NCBI GenBank assembly: GCA_937143345.1
Contig: CAKZRD010000024.1
Span: forward strand, 1 to 53,855
DNA from: an uncultured archaeon
GTDB taxonomy: Archaea; Nanobdellota; Nanobdellia; Pacearchaeales; GW2011-AR1
DNA length: 53,855 nucleotides
Direction of reading: 5' to 3'
Shown here: positions 48,778 through 53,855 of the stretch, piece by piece
Position numbering within the stretch: position 1 is the stretch's first letter
Layout: each line of letters starts with the position of its first letter
The notes under the pieces: generated by a model
Databases searched by the model: none
The model's input: the letters and a program-made list of their open reading frames with translations, nothing else
Told to the model about the DNA's origin: nothing
Made by a program: the position numbers and the translations under genes

Positions 48778-49455
48778 TTATTTTTCAACGATTTCTTTTA
48801 GTTTTTCTGCTGTTTTATCGTCGAGAATTTTTTCTAAATTTTTCTTCTTTTCCGTAAATATGGATATTAAATTTTGATAGTTCTTTAATAATTCATTTGC
48901 TTTAGCAGGACCTATACCAGGAAAACCCTCTAAAATAAATTTTTTTTGCTCTTCTAAACTTTTTAATTCTTTTTTTATTCTCAAAGAAAAATTTTTTTTA
49001 TTCTTTTTTTCTCTCTTAGTAATTAATATTAGAAATTTAGCGCTATCCTCTTCATCTTTTGTAAAAATTATTGGGATATTATATGAAAGGGCAACACTTA
49101 ACAATGCCCCGCGAATTGCATTTTCGTTTATTCTTGAATTTTTATAGCTTTCAAAACCTTCTACCAATAAAACTTTTCTTTTAGTCTTTCTTAAATTTTC
49201 AAACTGATTTTGAAATCTTTTGTCTATAATACTTGATTGAAAATCAGAAAAAGTTTTTCTTTCTATAATTATATCATTTATTAAATAATCACCTATTTCT
49301 AAGTTTTTCAATTCAAATTTAATTTTATTCTCTATTAAAAATGGAATAATTAAAGAATTTCTTTCCCTGTTATCAACGATTATTTTTGTTTTTATCACTT
49401 CTTTCTTTGTTTTTTCTTCCGAAAAAATGTCTTCTATTTTTTTCATGCTATACAT
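48778..49455 (-). CDS. XPF/ERCC4-type nuclease with a C-terminal (HhH)2 domain (Hef nuclease half)
   Basis: 225 aa. VDNRE...IGDYLIND..IIERKTFSDFQSSIIDKRF is the ERCC4 GDxnERKx3D motif. GFPGIGPAKANELL is the HhH element. Confidence 0.8.
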   Translation of the reverse strand: MYSMKKIEDIFSEEKTKKEVIKTKIIVDNRERNSLIIPFLIENKIKFELKNLEIGDYLINDIIIERKTFSDFQSSIIDKRFQNQFENLRKTKRKVLLVEGFESYKNSRINENAIRGALLSVALSYNIPIIFTKDEEDSAKFLILITKREKKNKKNFSLRIKKELKSLEEQKKFILEGFPGIGPAKANELLKNYQNLISIFTEKKKNLEKILDDKTAEKLKEIVEK

Positions 49456-50995
49456 TAAAAAGATTTTTTTGTTTTTCTTCTGTTTTTTGAGAAAAATTTT
49501 CTTTTAGTTCTTTTATAACTCTGTACATCTTTCTTTCCCTTGATTGGGAAGCATAATGAAAAGATAAATCCCTGGTATTGTTAGTTATTAAAATTTTAAG
49601 ATTTCCTTTCATTAATCTTGCAGTTCTTCCAGCTCTTTGGATTTTTCTTATAGCTGAAGGAACAGGTTCATAAAAAATAACCTCATTAACCTCTGGAATA
49701 TCTAGACCTTCTTCTGCTATAGAAGTTGCAACAAGACAATTTATTTCTCCTCTTGAAAATTCTTCTATGATTTTCCTTTGCTCTTTTTGGTTTAATCCTG
49801 TTTGTTCTTCTCCTTCTCCTTTTTTTGCCTGCCCGACAAAAATTTTTGATTTTATACCATAAATTTTATTTAAGCTATCTGAAATCTTTTTTACACTATC
49901 CCTAAACTGAGAAAAAACGATTATTTTCGCTTTAGGATTTTCTGAAATTGCTTTTTTTATTATTTCAACAGTCTTTTCTAATTTCGGATGCTCAAAATCT
50001 ATATTAAAACTTAAAGTATATGCTTTTAGAAATCTTTTATCATTAACAAGTTTTTGTACGCCCTTAGATTTTTTTTCATCTGCTTGTTTTTTCAATTCTT
50101 TTAAATAATTCGTAAATGAAAGAAATGTTTGAGTTTCTAACAATTCTAGAGCATGTTGAATTTTTATTGCTTGAGAGCAAGAAGACAAAGCTTTAAGATA
50201 ATTACCTTTCTTTTCGTTTTTTAAAAGATTAAATAATCTCTGTTGGCACTTTATTATTTCAATTTTCGTAGGAATAGAATAAAAAATTTTTCTGTTTCTT
50301 AATTCTTCTATCAAATCATTAAAAATTTCTTTTAAAAGCTGCCTTATTTCTTCATATTCTGGGGGAAAATCAACTTTTATTTTTTCAAAAGTGAGTTCTT
50401 GAAGGTATGGTTTAACATCTTCGCTTTCTCTTGTTCTTATTTCAACTTTTTCTACATTTAAATTGTTACAGATTTCAAGAATTTTCTGTTTTTCCGAACC
50501 TGGAGAAGCAGTTAGTCCTAACACTCTTTGATTTTTTCCTTTTTCCTTATAATGATTCGCTATAAAAGTGTATGAATAATTTTTTAAACAGCGATGACAT
50601 TCATCCTCAATTAAAAGAGAAACTTCCGATAAGTCATAAAGATTATTTTTTATATCATTAGCTATACACTGAGGAGTTGAAAAAATAAATTCAGCAGTTT
50701 GCCAAATTTCCTTTCTTTTTTTTGCAGGAGTTTTTCCTGTAAATAACTGCATATCTGCAAAGTTCTCTGGCAGATTTTTTTTAAAATATTCGAGATGTTG
50801 TTCTATCAAGGGTTTTGTCGGAGCTAAAAAAAGAATTTTTTCAGTTTGGAATTTTTTAAATCTTTCAACAGCTAACATTAATGCGATAAGCGTTTTTCCA
50901 GTTCCTGTCGGTAGAATAACTAAACAATTATTTTCCTTACAACTCTCAAAAATTTTTTGCTGATATTCTCTAGGTTTTATATTTAATTCATTCAT
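49448..50995 (-). CDS. Hef/FANCM-type SF2 helicase (Hef helicase half)
   Basis: 515 aa. LPTGTGKT, the DECH box, TASPG and a C-terminal QRAGRTAR are present. It overlaps the nuclease ORF by 8 nt. Confidence 0.8.
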   Translation of the reverse strand: MNELNIKPREYQQKIFESCKENNCLVILPTGTGKTLIALMLAVERFKKFQTEKILFLAPTKPLIEQHLEYFKKNLPENFADMQLFTGKTPAKKRKEIWQTAEFIFSTPQCIANDIKNNLYDLSEVSLLIEDECHRCLKNYSYTFIANHYKEKGKNQRVLGLTASPGSEKQKILEICNNLNVEKVEIRTRESEDVKPYLQELTFEKIKVDFPPEYEEIRQLLKEIFNDLIEELRNRKIFYSIPTKIEIIKCQQRLFNLLKNEKKGNYLKALSSCSQAIKIQHALELLETQTFLSFTNYLKELKKQADEKKSKGVQKLVNDKRFLKAYTLSFNIDFEHPKLEKTVEIIKKAISENPKAKIIVFSQFRDSVKKISDSLNKIYGIKSKIFVGQAKKGEGEEQTGLNQKEQRKIIEEFSRGEINCLVATSIAEEGLDIPEVNEVIFYEPVPSAIRKIQRAGRTARLMKGNLKILITNNTRDLSFHYASQSRERKMYRVIKELKENFSQKTEEKQKNLFNV

Positions 50996-51007
50996 TTTTA
51001 CTATTTT

Positions 51008-51643
51008 TTAAAAACTTAAACTAAACACTATTAAACTGACTAAAATAAGAACACAAGAAAAAACCCAAAGTTTTCTGCTTCCGAATAAAATTTTAGAACC
51101 GTCTAATCTGCTAAAAGGTAATAAAAGCCATATTGAATAAAATAAACTTATTTTTCCTAACTCTATCTGGTTAAAAAATAAAAATATAAAAAACAAAACC
51201 AAATTAGAGAAAAGCCCAAAAAAAGCAATTAAACCGGAATGCCATTCTGTAACAGAAGAAAATCTATAAAGTTCATATCTTTTTGCAACCCTTTCAACTC
51301 TTGCTTTTTCTTCAAACTCCAAGATTGGGAACCATTGTAAAAACCCTCCAGAAAAGATACTTAAAACAATTGGAAGGAAAATCATTGGAAGAGGCTTATT
51401 AAAATGTTTTTTTTCAAGAAAACCATAATAATACACTGACCACCATTTAGTTTCTATGTTAATATCGAGCGTTCTAGCGACGATTTTTTTTGTTATTATG
51501 TTTACTCCTAAAACAAGAATAAACATCCCAAATAATTTCAAAAAAAATTCGTTGGATTCTAAAGATGGATAGATATAAGAAATAGAAAGGATTATACTTG
51601 CTAATAAAATAATTAATATCTCTTTAAAAAAATTTTTTTCCAT
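51008..51643 (-). CDS. Multi-pass membrane protein
   Basis: 211 aa and hydrophobic. No catalytic motif recognised. Confidence 0.4.
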   Translation of the reverse strand: MEKNFFKEILIILLASIILSISYIYPSLESNEFFLKLFGMFILVLGVNIITKKIVARTLDINIETKWWSVYYYGFLEKKHFNKPLPMIFLPIVLSIFSGGFLQWFPILEFEEKARVERVAKRYELYRFSSVTEWHSGLIAFFGLFSNLVLFFIFLFFNQIELGKISLFYSIWLLLPFSRLDGSKILFGSRKLWVFSCVLILVSLIVFSLSF

Positions 51644-51731
51644 TGTATTATTATATTTCTAAGTTTTTTAAGTTTTTGTTTATATTTTTAAGAATAGAAA
51701 TATATTTAAATCTTCTTTTTATTAATTTTTT

Positions 51732-52037
51732 ATGGCAAAAATAAGAAAAATAAGTGAGGTTATAGGGAAAAAAATATATAGTGATAACGGAAATTTGGTT
51801 GGTATCGTCGAAGAAATCAATTTGCTTGATAATAAGGTGGATGGATGGAGAGTTATTGTTTCAAGAAATTCTGAAATAAATAAAACTCTCGGAGGAGCAA
51901 GAGGAGTTATTATCCCCCAAAATTTTATAAAGTCAGTAGGAGATATTGTTTTAATAAGTAAAGAAGCTATTCCAATAAAAGAAGAATTTTCTTTGGAAGA
52001 AGAAACAGCAGAGTCTTCCATTGAGAGTTTAGAGTAA
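51732..52037 (+). CDS. PRC-barrel domain protein
   Basis: 101 aa. VIGKKIYSDNGNLVGIVEEINLLDNKVDGWRVIV is typical of PRC barrels. The antisense ORF 51722-52021 is a shadow. Confidence 0.6.
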   Translation: MAKIRKISEVIGKKIYSDNGNLVGIVEEINLLDNKVDGWRVIVSRNSEINKTLGGARGVIIPQNFIKSVGDIVLISKEAIPIKEEFSLEEETAESSIESLE

Positions 52038-52117
52038 AAATCTGTCTTTTATTAAATCTTGAAAAATTTTAACAAAAAATTAATTAAATTTATAAACTCT
52101 TTTTTCTTTAAAGATTG

Positions 52118-52582
52118 ATGGATTTAACAAAAGTTCCATTTTTGCAGGAGGCTCTTCTTTTTGTTTTAATTTATGTTGTAACATTTGCAATTTTACAGAA
52201 AACAAAAATTTTAGGTGATGGAGTTCATCAAATAAACTCTTTGGTTGCATTAATTATTGCATTTATTTTTGTTAGCTTTTCTTCTATCTCAGGTATTGTT
52301 CAAAAAATTGTTCCTTGGTTTGCCGTCGCTATGACGGTAATTCTTCTATTTTTTTTGTTGGTTGGTTTTGTTCAAGGAGATTTTTCTTCTATAAATCCAA
52401 AGATCAAATGGGTAATTGTTTTTTTGATTTGTGTTTTTATGACTGGATTGGTTTTGTGGGCAACCGGACTTTTAGATAAAATAAAAAGTTCTACTTTTTT
52501 AAATAACTCTTTTTTTTATTCAATAATTGTTTTTGCTCTTGTTATCGCTGCAGTTGTTTACGTTATTGTTAGTTCGAAATAA
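52118..52582 (+). CDS. 4-TM membrane protein, paralogue 1 of 3
   Basis: Shares the N-terminal pattern hydrophobic-helix-LQKTKILG...VALIIA with the next two ORFs. Confidence 0.55.
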   Translation: MDLTKVPFLQEALLFVLIYVVTFAILQKTKILGDGVHQINSLVALIIAFIFVSFSSISGIVQKIVPWFAVAMTVILLFFLLVGFVQGDFSSINPKIKWVIVFLICVFMTGLVLWATGLLDKIKSSTFLNNSFFYSIIVFALVIAAVVYVIVSSK

Positions 52583-52824
52583 CAAATTATTAATGTAAAT
52601 TTTAAGAACGTTTTTCAATTATAATCTTTTTAAGATTCATAGAAAAATATATAAATTCTTTTATTTTTGATTTTATAATAAAAGAGGAAAAAAATGGCAA
52701 CCAAAAAGAAAACGGCAACCAAAAAAAAGAAAAAGAGTTAATTAAACTTTTTCTTTATATTTTTATTTTTTCTTTTTTATTTTTTTAACAAAAACTATTT
52801 AAATAGTGTTTTTCTTTATTTTCT

Positions 52825-53346
52825 ATGGTAACAATAACGGAAATGTTAAACAGGCTTAATGAAATAGGTTTTTTTTCTTATGTTTTACCTTTTTTACTAA
52901 TTTTTGCAGTTGTTTTTGGGCTTTTACAAAAGATTAAAATTTTTGGTGATGAAAATAAAGCTAAAGGCATTAATGTAATCGTCGCTCTTTCTATAGCTGG
53001 AATTTCTCTTCTTTTTGATGTAGTTCCAAGATTTTTTTCAATTATTTTTCCTAAATTTGGTATTGGCTTGGCGGTTTTTCTCGTTTTATTAATAGTTCTT
53101 GGTTTCTTTTATATGGACAAAAACGAAAAACCGGACAATAAATTAAAACCGATTGGTTGGATTGTTGTTTTGGGTGTTGTTATTTGGGCTTTGTCAGAAT
53201 GGGATGAGATTGGTGGTTTTAGTTATGGTAGTATTAATTTAGGTTCTTGGCTTAATGAATATCTCCCATTTATTATTGTCATCGGTTTAATTATTTGGGC
53301 GATAAGTGCTGTTATAAAATCAGGAAATGAAGTAAAGGAGAGATAA
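52825..53346 (+). CDS. 4-TM membrane protein, paralogue 2 of 3
   Basis: YVLPFLLIFAVVFGLLQKIKIFGD...VALSIAG is collinear with its neighbours. Confidence 0.55.
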   Translation: MVTITEMLNRLNEIGFFSYVLPFLLIFAVVFGLLQKIKIFGDENKAKGINVIVALSIAGISLLFDVVPRFFSIIFPKFGIGLAVFLVLLIVLGFFYMDKNEKPDNKLKPIGWIVVLGVVIWALSEWDEIGGFSYGSINLGSWLNEYLPFIIVIGLIIWAISAVIKSGNEVKER

Positions 53347-53820
53347 ATGGCGGCTCAAATTTCTGGAATAAGTTATTTTTTACCAATATTCTCTTTTCTT
53401 TTAGTTTTTATTTTGGTTTTTGCTGTAATAAAAAAATCAAAAATTTTAAATAATGATGCTGTTGCAATTTTTGTTTCTTTAATATTAGCATCATTTTTTA
53501 TTGTTAATACAAAAATGGTTGAATATGTCAGATTTAATGCTACGTGGTTCGCTGTTTTTTTAGTTTGTGTTGTTTTTATTTTGGTTTTTTTGGGTTTTGT
53601 CGGGGAAGATTACTTAAAAGCATTTACTGGAAATAAAATATTTGCTTTTGTTATAGTTGGAATATTAATTACTGCTTTTATTATTTCTGCGGCAAGGATT
53701 TTCAATTTCGTTATTGATAAAGCAAAATTAAAGATGTGGGCACAAAGTGATTGGTTTGGAATGATTTTACTTTTTGTTGTTGCAGGAATTGTTGCTTTTG
53801 TTATTAGTAAGAGCAAATGA
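53347..53820 (+). CDS. 4-TM membrane protein, paralogue 3 of 3
   Basis: YFLPIFSFLLVFILVFAVIKKSKILNN...VSLILAS. It starts immediately after the stop of paralogue 2. Confidence 0.55.
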   Translation: MAAQISGISYFLPIFSFLLVFILVFAVIKKSKILNNDAVAIFVSLILASFFIVNTKMVEYVRFNATWFAVFLVCVVFILVFLGFVGEDYLKAFTGNKIFAFVIVGILITAFIISAARIFNFVIDKAKLKMWAQSDWFGMILLFVVAGIVAFVISKSK

Positions 53821-53855
53821 AGGATTCCAAGAAAATTAATTTTGTTAAATCTTTA

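Noticed and set aside
1-53855. Search for CRISPR arrays, tRNA/rRNA genes and transposase/integrase genes.
   Set aside because: I saw no regularly spaced short repeats and no GTTCGAATC-type T-arm contexts with matching stems. No rRNA-like G+C-rich blocks and no recombinase-like ORFs were seen either. A covariance-model scan would be needed to exclude small or intron-containing RNAs.

Overview
Very AT-rich window. Spot counts of single 60-nt lines gave about 17-23% G+C in typical stretches. Gene content is archaeal: eIF2-gamma, ribosomal protein S6e, TFE, Hef/XPF, diphthine synthase, a Dph6-like ligase and an Nre remnant. Small overlapping genes, gyrase, FtsZ and GatB suggest a reduced DPANN-like genome, but that lineage call is inference only. 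I recognised no rRNA, tRNA, CRISPR array or transposase. Most of the window is compact housekeeping operons with 4-nt ATGA start/stop overlaps. These include 2-oxoacid:ferredoxin oxidoreductase, gyrB/gyrA, ftsZ, rhomboid-TFE, a P-type ATPase and a split Hef helicase plus nuclease. Two things stand out. (1) There are many decayed genes, carrying frameshifts and in-frame stops of all three kinds: a GNAT, a JAB-like gene, an ABC exporter, an Nre repair gene, a surface-repeat gene and several shorter fragments. (2) A compositionally distinct island lies at about 37.2-43.3 kb, with spot counts of 32-37% G+C, bordered on both sides by gene debris. Its core is a tightly coupled minus-strand cassette. 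It encodes a two-domain metallophosphoesterase, a 178-aa unknown, an unannotated 39-aa peptide whose stop overlaps the next start (TAATG), and a YheC/YheD-type ATP-grasp ligase. An AbrB-PhoU regulator is transcribed divergently from it. I consider this cassette the best candidate for an undescribed system, either peptide modification or defence/mobile-element derived. Other notable items are a cysteine-rich surface-protein gene that runs off the 5' edge and is missing from the ORF track, with near-identical 90-bp tandem repeats; a minimal HydA-like H-cluster protein; two small ORFs wedged between gyrB and gyrA; an FmrO/Rmt-like 16S rRNA methyltransferase homologue; and three tandem paralogous 4-TM membrane proteins.
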